Assembly (NCBI RefSeq): GCF_006345805.1
Contig: NC_043008.1
Coordinates: forward strand, 20,212,001-20,276,000
Length of the DNA stretch: 64,000 bases
Direction of reading: 5' to 3'
Source of the DNA: Octopus sinensis
Taxonomy: Eukaryota
Numbering within the stretch: the stretch's first letter is position 1; every line of letters starts with the position of its first letter. Of this stretch, positions 24,200-37,246 are shown piece after piece. A program made the translations under genes and the position numbers. Below the pieces are notes generated by a model. That model had not been told where the DNA came from. It ran no database searches and saw only the letters and a program-made list of their open reading frames with translations.

Positions 24200-25350
24200 A
24201 AAAAGAACATTATCGTCACGTTTGGCCAACCCATTATACTGGGCGCTTTTCGTGCCAACTTTCTAATTTCTTAAATATATGACCATCCCATCAGTCCAGT
24301 GCATAAGATGGAGTCTAATGCACAATAGAAAAGCGAAAATAAAGGAAAATAGGAAGGCAAAATCAACAGACAGACAAAAGAAACCGTTATTGGTTTTCAA
24401 CTTTTCTGCCTTACTTCCCATCAAATGTATGAGACGAATATCAACAGAATGGAAACCATTTTCTCGCAATCAAACCGATAACAAAATGGTTTCATGTAAA
24501 TATCAGACGAATACTCTTGTACATGAAAGTTTATCGTACTCAAACAAATCACACGTTGCGGTAATGGAATATTATCGCATTCAATCGATTAATCCTGCAC
24601 ATCAATGACGCATGGATAGATTTAATATTAGAAATTTCATGTGAAGAAGGGAATGGAATTTTGATTATGTATTTTAAAGTGTTTTCGTGTATACTGAGCG
24701 AAAATCGTTTCTAGACAACGTCTTTAAACACAAGAACAAATATGGCGAAATATCTGAAAGAGATTGTCTAGTGTGGTGTATCAAGGGACGAGCCATACTT
24801 TCTCTATAATTTTGACACTTTTGAGAAAGGCAGCTTAATGTCTGGGCGTGGACAATATAGAACGTTTGGCCTACTACAGACAAAATGAGATTGAGGAAAC
24901 AATGTGACGGTATTCTTGAACATGAGCGTAGTAACCAGCTTAAATATATTTATATACTGTTGAGAGATGAAAGGTTTTGATGAAATATTCAGTCACATGA
25001 GGTGTGGAAATGTTTGTGCATACACAAACCCTAGAAATAGATACTAACTGGACTAAAATATTCTGATTTACTTTATTTTATTTTAGGATGAAAGACGTGA
25101 GTGCACATTCTGTGTTAACGTTAAATCAGACGGGTGATATTCCCCATAGCGACTTCCTTGAGCTGGTTGAACGTTTGTCGCATTGGTATCATCTACACGA
25201 AGCCAAAGCTATGAAGGTCACGAAGCCAGAGAAAAAAGTGGGGTGGAAAGTTGCAAGTGTATCACTTGTCAGCGAAATAACAATAACAAATATTCTATTT
25301 CTCAGTGTCCCGATCTCTGTGAAAGATCAAATACAAAATACTACTGAATA
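24200..25350 (+). mobile_element. Possible heavily decayed DNA-transposase (piggyBac-like) remnant
   Basis: Fragments GAFRAN (GTVR.NR-like), HVAVMEYY..QSINPAHQ (P.AV..YN..GGVD..DQ-like), and a Cys-rich end CKCITCQRNNNNKYSISQCPDLC. Weak; no TIRs found. Confidence 0.25.
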
Positions 25351-25717
25351 ACAATTGGTATAACATCTGATTCAAAGATGTCAAACAGAATACATTTGAC
25401 ATCTCTTACTTTCAACATATAAATTATGAATTTACGTTTCAAGAGAAATTTCTCACTTTCGTATAAAGCGGTTTCTGAGACTGCGATTGGATATACAACA
25501 CTTAGAACAAAAATATAATTCTCTTGAAAGAAGGTAAGGGTCATGAGTACCACTCTGGCTCAGCTTTACAAACACAAGAGTTTATTATATTGAAGTTATG
25601 TGGCACTAATGTAACTTGACTACTACTGGTTCTCGTTAAAATATCTTTTCCTAATTTAAGTCAAAATTACTCTGATACTTAGAGGCTGTCAACCATTGCA
25701 TTTTATATGATCTAACG

Positions 25718-26103
25718 GTGGAGGCGCAATGGCCCAGTGGTTAGGGCAGCGGACTCGCGGTCATAGGATCGCGGTTTCGATTCCCAGACCGGGCGTTGTG
25801 AGTGTTTATTGAGCGAAAACACCTAAAGCTCCACGAGGCTCCGGCAGGGGATGGTGGTGATCCCTGCTGTACTCTTTCACCACAACTTTCTCTCACTCTT
25901 ACTTCCTGTTTCTGTTGTATCTGTATTTCAAAGGACCGGCCTTGTCACTCTCTGTGTCACGCTGAATATCCCCGAGAACTACGTTAAGGGTACACGTGTC
26001 TGTGGAGTGCTCAGCCACTTACACGTTAATTTCACGAGGAGGCTGTTCCGTTGATTCGGATCAACCGGAACCCTCGTCGTCGTAACCGAGGGAGTGCTTC
26101 AAG
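25718..26103 (+). mobile_element. tRNA-derived SINE, head/body A + tail 2
   Basis: A box TGGCCCAGTGG and B box GTTTCGATTCC. Perfect 13-bp TSD ATATGATCTAACG at 25705-25717 and 26104-26116. Confidence 0.93.
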
Positions 26104-26387
26104 ATATGATCTAACGAAATGTTTGAATTGACTGCCGGAAATACTTTGCATCTGATTTCAAATCTCTGCCAGATATATAGTACGCAATTATACTCAGAAA
26201 AATTGCAATATACTTATGCTTTGTATTTTGCCTTATTTACGAACATGAATAATTATATTTCGGTTTATAAAAAATCTTTCAATAATTGTTGGGGAGTGCG
26301 AGCCTTAAAACATAATCGATTAATGTACCCCATTTACACGATACGTATGTATAATCATATCTACTTGCACAACTACGTAACAAACAT

Positions 26388-26758
26388 AGTGTGGCTGTGT
26401 AATAAGAGACTTGCTTTTCAACCACAAGGCTCCGGGTTCAGTCCCATTGCGTGGCACCTTCGGCAAGTGACTGTTTCTATAGCTTCAAGCCGAATAAAGC
26501 CTTAAGAGTAGATTTAGTAGACAGATAATGAAAGACGTCCGTCATATATGTGTCTGTGTGCGCGTGCATGTATCTGTATTTATCCACCCACTATCGCTTG
26601 ACAACCGATGCTGGTGTGTTTACGTCCTCGTAAGCGGTTCGGGAGGAGAGAAAGATAGAATAAGTACTAGGCTTAAAAAGTGCAAGCCCCGAGGTCGATT
26701 TGTTTCATTAAAGGCGATGCTCCAGCATGGCCGCAGTCAAATGACAGAAACAGTAAAA
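26388..26758 (+). mobile_element. SINE family B, older copy; an inverted tail fragment follows at ~26833-26884
   Basis: Diverged match to the 13510 and 16658 copies; minus-strand tail TTTTACTCTTTTACT..TTCAGTCATTT..CGGCC.TGCTGGAGCA. Confidence 0.85.
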
Positions 26759-26764
26759 TGATAT

Positions 26765-26818
<54 letters not shown>

Positions 26819-27052
26819 AGCACATAAATATATTTTACTCTTTTACTAGATTCAGTCATTTCACTTCGGCCCTGCTGGAGCATCATATATTCATATAAGC
26901 ATGTGCGTATGTTAGACAAAAGAATGTAATACATTCTCCTTAAAATATTGGTAAAGCTCTTTGAAAGTACTGGAGATATCCATTCTGCAACAAGAACACA
27001 AACTTGCAAAATTCAATATACTTACTGAGCATAACAAGTAATAGATACACGC

Positions 27053-27095
<43 letters not shown>

Positions 27096-27096
<1 letters not shown>

Positions 27097-27271
27097 TTAG
27101 CCACTACACCCATTTTTTCTCTCCTTTTTTCTTTCCTTGCTTTTTCTGTGTCCTTTTCTGTAGAAGAGCGTAGGCTCGAAACGTAAAAGACTTTTTTCTA
27201 ATCCTGAGCGTTATACTAATACATCTGTTTTTTGTACACCACCTGTCTTCGTGTTTTGTTTTTTCGTAAAT

Positions 27272-27276
<5 letters not shown>
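27096..27276 (+). mobile_element. Short non-autonomous PLE-like element in (TA)n carrying a variant hammerhead motif (27150-27191)
   Basis: CTTTt-CTGTAGA-a-GAGC gtag GCTC-GAAA-CG-TA-AAAG. Both ends abut (TA)n. Homologous copies at ~36880, ~38650 and ~61237. Confidence 0.7.
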
Positions 27277-27356
<80 letters not shown>

Positions 27357-27444
27357 TGTATGTATGTATATATATTTATATAAAAATATATATATACCTA
27401 TATGTATGTATGTATATATATATATATATACATATATGTATGTA

Positions 27445-27540
<96 letters not shown>

Positions 27541-28391
27541 TATAATGATTATTATTATTATCATTATTATTATTATTTGTTGTCATGTATATTTATATTT
27601 AAAACGGTAAAACATTGAAAGAAACAGCCGCTCAATATCTTTCAATAAAGTATCACATTGAGTTTTACTAATAAAAAGTTGGACAGTCTGGTAGTTTTGC
27701 TAATACACTTCATTGGCCCACTCAGACGGACAGTTTCATGAACACAAGAAAATATATATTTATATGATTGTTTACGTATGTATATATATTTGTGTCTGCA
27801 TTCACATGAGCACAAAGCATACGTATATTGTGTGGAAATGTATGCGCCATTGGTGTGCATTTTAAATTCTGAGAGATAATAGGTTCGATTTACATATGAA
27901 TGAATCTCTTCGTTGTCTGCGACAACTAGTGCCATCCTTGGAAGGCAAAATTTCCATTAAAATTATTTAGAATGACTAAATGATTTGAACGTATGGATAA
28001 ATAAAACGAATCAGAATGATATATGTAAAGTGCTATCATAATAGGGACAGAAGTATTGATGTCGTACACATAATAGCTGGATAATAGGTCTCTGAAATAT
28101 CAATGAATTTCAGTAAATATCTATCAATGCATATGGAGTGAAGGCAATCTCATGAATTATTTCGACATCCGGTTTTGATGATTTAGTGAAACTTTTTTTC
28201 TTTCACATTTTATTGTTCCAAATCGAAACCATATCGATACGGATGAATACATTTTTTTCGACGATGTGTTTTAGTCAAAAGAAATAAATTTCAAAACATG
28301 TCTGATAATTCTATTCTTTCATGGCGCAATATATATTCCGAAAACAATGTGTGAGTCATTTCAATCGTTAACCGTCGACTAAAGATTATTA

Positions 28392-28813
28392 GGATCTTTT
28401 CGGTTTGAACGGCATTTTTTTTTCTAGCGGTGTCATATGAAATTGTCACCCATAGTTATGACCCTAGTATCGATCTATTGCATTTCAATCTGGGCTAGGG
28501 TTAGGGTTAGGTTAAGTTTGGGGGGAAGGGTATATTTTTTTCTTCAGAAATGTAAATAAACCCAATCTGTTTCTTAAATGAGGGACATATTCATAGGGCA
28601 CAGAATGTTTTTACCTCTATAGACGTTATTGATTGGTTGAAATTGCAGAAATTGAAGAAAACAACAACAAATATCTTACAAACTATAGAATTCTCTCAAT
28701 AAATCCAAGAGAAAAAGATGTTTTATAAGCACAGTCTACCAGTATACGAAGTTTAAATTTTTTTAGTTACCTAGAAATTATGTTAAAAACTGCCGTTCAG
28801 ACCGAAGAGATCC
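28392..28813. mobile_element. MITE with GGATC.. TIRs and 8-bp TSD (Merlin-like), internal (TTAGGG)n
   Basis: TIRs GGATCTTTTCGGTTTGAACGGCA / TGCCGTTCAGACCGAAGAGATCC. TSD GATTATTA/GAATATTA. Second copy at 58748. Confidence 0.88.
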
Positions 28814-29599
28814 GAATATTAGGATTTCCAGCATATTATATACAGTCTCCACGTAGCATTTTACAAGAACCAGCGGATTTTTAAAAATAGAAATATCGGT
28901 TTTGGCAGATAAATTCGTTCGTTTACGTTATTTTCATTTTATTTCGTATTTCATTGTAATATGATCGAAAAGAGGTAAAATGTATTAAAATTTGCTAAAA
29001 ACAATAAACAAAAGATTTAGAGACAGAATACAGCTTCAGAGAATCACTAAACACTATAATAAAACATTTTTTTTTTTGTGTTAATTCAAATAACATTGCA
29101 AAAGATTAAAATGAATGAAGAAATAAAAATAACGAACGAATTTGTCTAACAATCTAATACCCTCTGACAATCCTCCTGACATTTCAAATAAATATTTATA
29201 ATTTATCACATTTCAATTTATGATGCAATAATTACGACGCGCTATAAATCTGGACACGATTATACTTGAAATATAATAATATATCTTAATAGCGACATTC
29301 CAGAAGAACCGAATAACACGCCTCGTAATTCTTCTACATTTTTTCTGAAACATTTTTATAGACAAAGGGAAGGGGGAATTTGTGTGAGTTGACAGTTTTA
29401 TGATACAATTGATATTTGCGATGGATATGTTTTAGTTTTATGCTAGGGCATTAAAATAAGTGTGTTCTCACATTACAATGGATAACTAAATCAAGATTAA
29501 TTACTACAACTTAATATCTATTATTCGCCTGAACGAGCCACAAATGCATTCAAAGATTAATATCCCTCAGAAGAAATAACTATATGAAGAAAAAAAAAT

Positions 29600-29832
29600 G
29601 TTTCCTTCTCGAGGCATGCCAGGTGCATGAGGACCGGTTTCCATGTCTCAGTGGCGTATATTTTCCCACCTGGACCGGAGGCTGATCGGTCACAGGATTA
29701 ATTCATCCCTGCCAGTTGAGTGGACTGGAGCAACGTGAAGTGTTTTGGTCAAGAACACAACGTATCGCTCGGTCTAGGAATCGAAATTTCAATCTTACGA
29801 TCATGATTCTAACACCTGAGCCACTAAGCCAA
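29600..29832 (-). mobile_element. SINE, head/body D + tail 1
   Basis: Minus-strand head TGGCTTAGTGG..GATTCCTAGACCG, body GTTGCTCCAGTCCACTCA, tail ..CCAGGTGGG..ATACGCCA..GGAAACCGG..CCTCGAGAAGGAAA shared with the 3872 copy. Confidence 0.82.
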
Positions 29833-29837
29833 TAACT

Positions 29838-29885
<48 letters not shown>

Positions 29886-29980
29886 GTTCAGCAAAATTTA
29901 GATTCAAATGAATATGGTACTTAAGTCAGATGCACCAGAATTTTGCACTGTGTTATCCATATAAATCCATGGGGTGATAC
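29886..29980 (-). mobile_element. Truncated Penelope-like terminus (family of 11585 and 16419) between TA repeats
   Basis: GTTCAGCAAAATTTAGATTCAAATG..ATATGGTACTTAA..AGATGCACCAGAATTTTG is the reverse complement of ~16545-16637. Confidence 0.75.
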
Positions 29981-30019
29981 ATATATATATATATATGCAT
30001 ACTTATATTAATACACACG

Positions 30020-30056
<37 letters not shown>

Positions 30057-30380
30057 CATACAGAAATTCATGCATAAATATACATGTACACACACTCATA
30101 TTTATATATGAAGGACAGAATTATTAATTTCGTATGCAACGCCTAAGTTAATTGCAAATTATTTCTTAGTTTCTGTAAAAGACATAAGCCTAGCAGCAAT
30201 TGTTATTGACCGTCAAAGGAAAGGGGAAACATTTTCAATAAATTAAGAATAATATAAGAATTAATTTCTGATAATTAATTCATCTACTAGTGAATAAAAC
30301 ATAATTGGTCAAGTGAAGACAATACTCTTGAGTACGTAACATCTTACAGGAAATCATTTTTCCAGGAGAATTTATGCATT

Positions 30381-30647
30381 GTGAAGACGAGTGGCTTAGT
30401 GGTTGGGGTATTAGGTCCACGATAGTAATGTGAGTTCCATTCCCGGCAAAAATGAGTAGTATCTGTATTTCAAAGGACCAGCAAGCAGCCTTGTTACATT
30501 CTGTGTCACGCTATATTTGCCTGACAGCGACGTTACAGGCACTCATGGTTGTGGAGTCCTTAGCCGTATGCACGTAAGTTTCAAGAGAAAGGCTGTTCTG
30601 TTGATCGAATTAACTAGAACCCTCGTCGTCGTAACCTACAGAGTGCC
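30381..30647 (+). mobile_element. SINE, head D + tail 2, internally deleted
   Basis: GTGAAGACGAGTGGCTTAGTGG..GAGTTCCATTCCCGGC|AAAAATGAGT..CTGTATTTCAAAGG..CCCTCGTCGTCGTAACC. Confidence 0.82.
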
Positions 30648-31376
30648 GTGTTGGAATAACGCAAGCGAACTCTATTGGCAAAGGAGCGAAACGCTCGTAA
30701 CTTGTGATACCTGCTGATATTCTACAAGTGTTTCCGATATTGCGATGGATTCAGAAGAGCTCATAATATGCCTATGTAGCTCTTGCAGATTGGTGTGCAA
30801 GTCAAAGTACCTACCTTGTTTATATCATTTCTGCGTTTGCATATGTTTGCTTACGGGTTTACTCTTTGTGAATATGTAAAATGTTCAAAAAGAAACAGAA
30901 ATCAAAATGCCACGATCTTTTCAATCAATTGATATGTACGGTTCATCGCATTATCGATTGAACGAATTTGGAATTCGGAAAATTACATCAAGATTACTTC
31001 ACATAATATACTTCTATGCATGTGTGACATTGTTACTTAACAGAAAAAAAAAAGAACTAAATTAAATACTTCAGCTTTTTAATTTGGTTTCACAGTGGTA
31101 CACATTTGTGAGTCCATTTGAAAGATACATAATTGATAAACATGATTAAATTAATCACGCTTCGTCTTTCATCATCGTATATATACTCTATAATTCTTAG
31201 AGCCAATATATCTATACTCCATGATAATGCGTGTAGCAGCGCGAACTCATTTTCTAAGTGGGAATTGTACAATTTACTGTAATGGAGGATATATTGTTCT
31301 GAATGTATAGTAATATGTCGTGCCTTATAAAGCAATATAAATATACATACATACATACATACATACATACATACAT

Positions 31377-31420
<44 letters not shown>

Positions 31421-31508
31421 AATGAGGGTGAAAAATCGATATTATTTAATAATACCATTATTTAACACCAAGTGCTTAGCACAAAAAACTACGGAGAAAA
31501 TACAAATT

Positions 31509-32064
31509 TATACATAAATTATTAGAGAGTTATCCACTATGTGGATAACTCTAGTGCTAAAAATAGCTCCGAAGCAACCACAGAAGATCTGTTTCCAACT
31601 AGAATCAACATACATTTAGCGAAGAGGAAGTGAAATACAACGAATAAAATAGAATGACTCTATACAATTGTTTCATTACTAATGTAATATGTAGTTTTAC
31701 ATATTTTATTTGATGCGGCATACGTTTCCAATGGAGTCTAGCACATGCTTTTGGCGCGGAAGTTGAGACATAACTAAAAAGTAATTGTTGTGGACCGCTC
31801 GTGCTTTTGACGCTCGAATCGATCTAATTAATTGCATTTCTGACAACTCTACCGAGATTTATAGATGTAAGTGTAAGTAAAATACATATTACATTAGTAA
31901 TGAAACAATTGTATAGAGTCAATCTATTTTATTCGTTGTATTTCACTTCCTTCCGCTAAATGTATGTTGATTCTAGTTGGAAACGATCTTCTGTGGTTGC
32001 TTTGGAGCTATTTTTAGCACTAGAGTTATCACATAGTGGATAACTCTCTAATAATTTATGTATA
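31509..32064. repeat. Long near-perfect inverted repeat (arms 31509-31700 / 31877-32064), PLE-like, with a decayed HHR at 31846-31919
   Basis: About 190-bp arms with only a handful of differences and a 176-bp spacer. ACTCTA-CCGA.GA-long hairpin-GAAA-CAATTG-TA-TAGAGT. Confidence 0.9.
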
Positions 32065-32304
32065 TATATATATATAATATATATATATATATATAATATT
32101 TAGATATATCCAAATATGTGTAGAACATCTATTCTCAATGTTTTGATAATCTACTATAATAAATATTTCTATACAATTGTTCTTACAGCCCCTTATATTA
32201 TGGCCGCTACTGGATTTAAATATTTTTATATATATACTTGTATATGTGTGTATGTGTGTGTATGCATAAATATGTATCTATATAGACATATGCATGCATA
32301 CAAA

Positions 32305-32681
32305 CACTACCGTCAGAAATTAATTAGCACCCTTGATTTGCTCTTCACTCAAGGTATGTGCTGTCACCTAGTGGCCATATCTCGAACTATTGCTTTGTTG
32401 CGAGTTCACTGTTGCGCAGAACGATGACGTAACTTTGTTTGCAGAGCAGTTTGAGAGTCTACAGCCTTATGATGTTGACATAGCAGTGCAACAACTTGGA
32501 GTGCGGATGCAGACAAATCTTCCTTTGTTTAATAGATATAGGTAGCGCCTCGCAAGGACCGAAATCACACCATACTAAGTTTTCTCATCGCGTATGACGT
32601 TTTGAACAGCTCATAGGTTAATTGATTTAACCTATTTAATGTAGAAATTTGAGAAGTGCTAATTAATTTCTGACGCAAGTG
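32305..32681. mobile_element. Tc1-like non-autonomous element
   Basis: TIRs CACTACCGTCAGAAATTAATTAGCAC / GTGCTAATTAATTTCTGACGCAAGTG|TA. Confidence 0.8.
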
Positions 32682-32857
32682 TATGTGTGTGTGAGTGAAT
32701 ACATGTATATGTATATATATGGGATAAATTAAGAGAAAACATACAGAGGATATGGCCTTTTGTACTAGGCTCGAAAAGACTGACAGTGATGGAGGCATGT
32801 GTGTCGTCGCTAACTACTATCTTATGCAGAAAGACGTCTGAAAATAGTCGGAAAATA

Positions 32858-33076
32858 TTCTTTTCTACTCTAAGCATAAGGCCCGAAATTGTGGAAGATG
32901 AAGACTAGTCGATCAGATCGACCACAGGACGCAACTGGTACTTAATTTATCAACCCCGAAAGGATGAAAGGCAAAGTCGACTTCTGCGGAATTTGAACTC
33001 AGAACGTAACGGCAGACGATATACGGCTACGCATTTCGTCCGGCGTTGTAACGTTTCTGCCAGAGTTGCCGCCTTA
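32858..33076 (-). mobile_element. SINE family C with an alternative tail
   Basis: Family C head and body; TSD AGTCGGAAAA at 32846-32855 and 33077-33086. Confidence 0.85.
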
Positions 33077-33618
33077 AGTCGGAAAAAATTACCCTCTGTT
33101 TCAATACAATTTAATCATTCCGTTGCTCCGTGTTCTATGCAAGACGATTATATGTACAGATATCTATGGACTGCAATCACTGTCTGGTTCATGTTTGCCT
33201 AACTAAAATTTTTTAGAAAAAAAGAGGAAACAGAAGAAGTCAAACATAGAAAAAATGACGTAAAGTAAAGAAAAAAATAACAATGAAAACCAATCTGTCA
33301 AGCAATAGACTATCATGGGACAATGGAATTCTTTATCTAATCATTGGTAAATATATGCACATACATAACGCAGAAGAAGAGGCGCACAGAGAAACATACA
33401 CACACACACACCACACACACACACACACATACACACACACATATATATATATATATATTATATATATATATACACACATATACAGACATATATTATATAT
33501 ATATTTTATATTCATATAAATATTTATATATATTTATATATTTATAGATATTTATATATACAGGCATATATATATAAGTTTATGTATATATATGTATACA
33601 CACACACACACACCACAT

Positions 33619-33660
<42 letters not shown>

Positions 33661-33835
33661 TATATATAGGTGCATATATATGTATGTATGTATATATATA
33701 CATACATACATATATGAATAGACGTATACAGCTACATACATAGCGACAAGTATGTATATTTTATGACCATCTGCATGGGAGTTGTACAACATTAATACAT
33801 AGCCAAAAGCACATACGCACATGTATATACAGACG

Positions 33836-33866
<31 letters not shown>

Positions 33867-34578
33867 TCACTTATGTATACATAGACTTACGTATAGACAA
33901 ACACATATAGTTAACATACAGAACAGAAATACACGTACACCACATAGTTGTAGAGAAACACAGGCACTCACACACTCACACAACCCCCACACCGCACACA
34001 CTTGCATACACGCATACACAAAAATACACAGACAAATATTTAACATCCAAACACGTAGTTGATATGGTGTACAAACTCATACAAAAATACCGATACGGAC
34101 ACATACTCATACATACATACACATGCACGAACGTAAGTACATACACATGCAAGTATGGGATCACGCGCAAGATGATACTCACACAGAACCATATATATAG
34201 GTGGAGTGTGAAAAGGCACACTGTGACGCATATTCACGTATGTGAACATGAAGTAACTAGTGAGAGCGAGGCACGGGCACAGAATGCTCGTGTAGCTAGT
34301 ATGTGTGAAGCCAGAGGTAGCCCTTCCGTTTGTCGCCTCGTGTGGCCACAAAAGAACACATTGCCTATAGCAGACCCAAGAGTGCCGCTCGAGGCATACC
34401 ACCCTATTGCCTCGCGTACTAGTTATGTTAGTGGCACAGAGATACAGATTTACACATACACACACAAAAAAAAACGCGCACACAGTGACACATAAGGAAA
34501 AAAAAAGCACATGCAGAAACACACACACACACACACCACACACACACACACACATGCACACAACAACCACAATATACA

Positions 34579-35336
34579 TTTCTTTACTACCCACAAGGGG
34601 CTAAACACAGAGGGGACAAACAAGGACAGACAAACGGATTAAGTCGATTACATCGACCCCAGTGCTTAACTGGTACTTTATTTATCGACCCCGAAAGAAT
34701 GAAAGGCAAAGTCGACCTCGGCAGAATTTGAACTAAGAACGTAACGGCAGAGGAAGTATCTTTTTCTCTATTACCCACAAGGGGCTAAACATAGAGGGGA
34801 CAGACAAATGGATTATGTCCATTACATCGACTCCAGTGCGTAACTGGTACTTAATTTATCAACCCCCGAAATGATGAAAGGCAAAGTCGACCTAGGTGGA
34901 ATTTGAACTAAGAACGTAACGGCAGAGGAAGTATCTTTTTCTCTATTACCCACAAGGGGCTAAACATAGAGGGGACAGACAAATGGATTATGTCCATTAC
35001 ATCGACTCCAGTGCGTAACTGGTACTTAATTTATCAACCCCCGAAATGATGAAAGGCAAAGTCGACCTCGGCAGAATTTGAACTAAGAACGTAACGGCAG
35101 AGGAAGTATCTTTTTCTCTATTACCCACAAGGGGCTAAACATAGAGGGGACAGACAAATGGATTATGTCCATTACATCGACCCCAGTGCGTAACTGGTAC
35201 TTAATTTATCAACCGCCGAAATGATGAAAGGCAAAGTCGACCTAGGTGGAATTTGAACTATAATCGTAACGGCAGACGAAATATCTCTATGCATTTCACA
35301 CGGCGCGCTAACGTTTTTATGCCAGCTCGCCGCCTT
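34579..35336 (-). mobile_element. Tandem tetramer of the SINE family C body (175-bp period) with a single head
   Basis: TTACCCACAAGGGG at 34771, 34946 and 35121. One TSD pair, ACCACAATATACA/ACCACAATATGCA, at 34566-34578 and 35337-35349. Confidence 0.93.
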
Positions 35337-36326
35337 ACCACAATATGCACACGCACCCACACGGACACAAACCCGCAACACACGGGATTGTGAACAATAA
35401 TTTATTATATTTTCATATCATATATATATAAGAAACAATTCATGGAATCGGGAGCAGGTTTCTTCTATTGTACTTGCATGGCGTACTTTCAACATTAATG
35501 ATTCTCTAAACTCGATAGCTTAAACGGAGCAAAGAAGAAAGAGAGCAAAGAAAAAAACACATGTAACAATTTCAATTGGTCTTGTAGCCACCATACAAGC
35601 TAGCACTATGATAAGTGCTTGGAGTGAGTCTTAATGCACAGAACAACCAAACATCTGCAGCGGAATACAAAAGAAATAAGTCTACTTTATAAGTATTTTG
35701 TAACTGGAGAAACTGAATGCATAACAATAATAGACGTATCACTATAAGTCTTCCTTTACTGTTTGTTTACCGGTCTGTCGTTCTGTCTGTTTGTCTGTCA
35801 GGCTCCATGTCTATCTCTCTTTTCTGTGAAATATATGCGAATGTTTACTTGCCTACATATGGCATATAAATTATAGATGCATAGCAATATATCTCTTTCG
35901 TCCTCTCTCTCTCTGTCTGTCTGTCTTACTGTCTCTGTCTCTTTCTCTCTCTGCATAGACACGCACATATATATATATATATGTGTACGTTTGTGCGTAT
36001 GGTGTGTGTGTGTGTGTGTGCGTGTGCATGTGCGTGTGTGTGTGTGTGTATTTGTGTTTGTGTTTGTGTTCGTGTGTGTGTGTGTGTACATAGCAACGCA
36101 GTTCCGATAGCGGAGTGAGATAAAATCCATTGACAAAGTTGCAAAACAACGAAAATTTTGCGAAAGAAAAAATATAAATATTAAATGAGTGGAAATTTAA
36201 CCGGTGTGTGTGTTAGATATTAAGGCCGTATGACTCTCTCCAGAAACAACAGAATACATACACATATATGTGTGTGTCGTGTGTGTGTGTTGTGTGTGTG
36301 TGTTGTGTATGGTGTGTGTGTGTGTT

Positions 36327-36374
<48 letters not shown>

Positions 36375-36377
36375 TGT

Positions 36378-36495
36378 GGGTGCAAGAATGGTTGTGTGGT
36401 AACAAGCTTCGTTTACAAAATATGGCTCTGGGTTCAGGCTGTCTAAGGCCTTCTAAGTGAATCTGGTAGACGGAAACTGAAAGAGGCCTGTGTTC
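36378..36495 (+). mobile_element. SINE family B 5' fragment
   Basis: GGTGCAAGAATGGTTGTGTGGTAACAAGCTT..GGTTCAG..GGTAGACGGAAACTGAAAGAGGCC. Confidence 0.75.
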
Positions 36496-36546
36496 TCTCT
36501 CTCTCTCTCTCCCCCCCCCTTCTCTCTCTCTTTCTCTCTCTCTCCC

Positions 36547-36609
<63 letters not shown>

Positions 36610-36879
36610 GCTTGTGTGTGTGTGTGTGTGTGACTGTGTCATTGTATAGAGTATTACGTGTGGTGTACAGATGGTGAATATTGAGAAAAATGGTTGCGAG
36701 AATTTTGGAAAAAAAACTTTTTATTTATTCATTATTTATAGCGCTTTTGTTCGTTTCTTGAACTTGTCAAATAGAATTTTGTGAATGTAAAAACAGCTTG
36801 TTCATTTATACAATACAGATTGTTTTTTTTTCGGGGGGGGGGGGTTGAAGAGGAGAACATTTTTTGTTTTTAGGCGGGG

Positions 36880-36973
36880 CAAGGGAAGAGCTCGAAACGT
36901 TCCCGAGCGTTATACTAATATATGTTTGTTTTCTACACCACCTGTCTTTGTCTTTTTTTTTTTCGTGAATTCT

Positions 36974-37034
<61 letters not shown>

Positions 37035-37240
37035 TGATACAAACAAGAAAACACACAAAAACACAACAACGCGAGGACGTGGAACACATATAGTATTATT
37101 GGACGCTCAGGAAAGAAGGAAAGAAGGATAGTTTAACGTTTCGAGCGGAGCTCTTCGTAGGAAACATAGGAGAAGGAAATATCCAGAGAAGGGAAGACAG
37201 AGGGAAAAAAATCGACAACGGTACACACGAGGTCACATTT
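36880..37240. mobile_element. Two tail-to-tail short PLE-like elements either side of (TA)n: plus copy 36880-36977, minus copy 37031-37240 with HHR at 37131-37165
   Basis: Minus: GTTT-CCTACGA-a-GAGC tcc GCTC-GAAA-CG-TT-AAAC. Plus: GAAGAGCTCGAAACGTT..GAGCGTTATACTAATA. Truncated relative at 49250-49318. Confidence 0.65.
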
Positions 37241-37246
37241 TATATA

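Noticed and set aside
25718-25790. tRNA gene
   Set aside because: A and B boxes are present but there is no closed acceptor stem; the sequence continues into a multi-copy SINE body with TSDs. The same applies to the other heads.
28495-28530. Telomere or chromosome-fusion scar
   Set aside because: The TTAGGG units are internal to a MITE present twice in the window.
34579-35336. Regularly spaced repeats as a possible CRISPR array
   Set aside because: Units are whole 175-bp SINE bodies without unique spacers; eukaryotic context and no cas genes.
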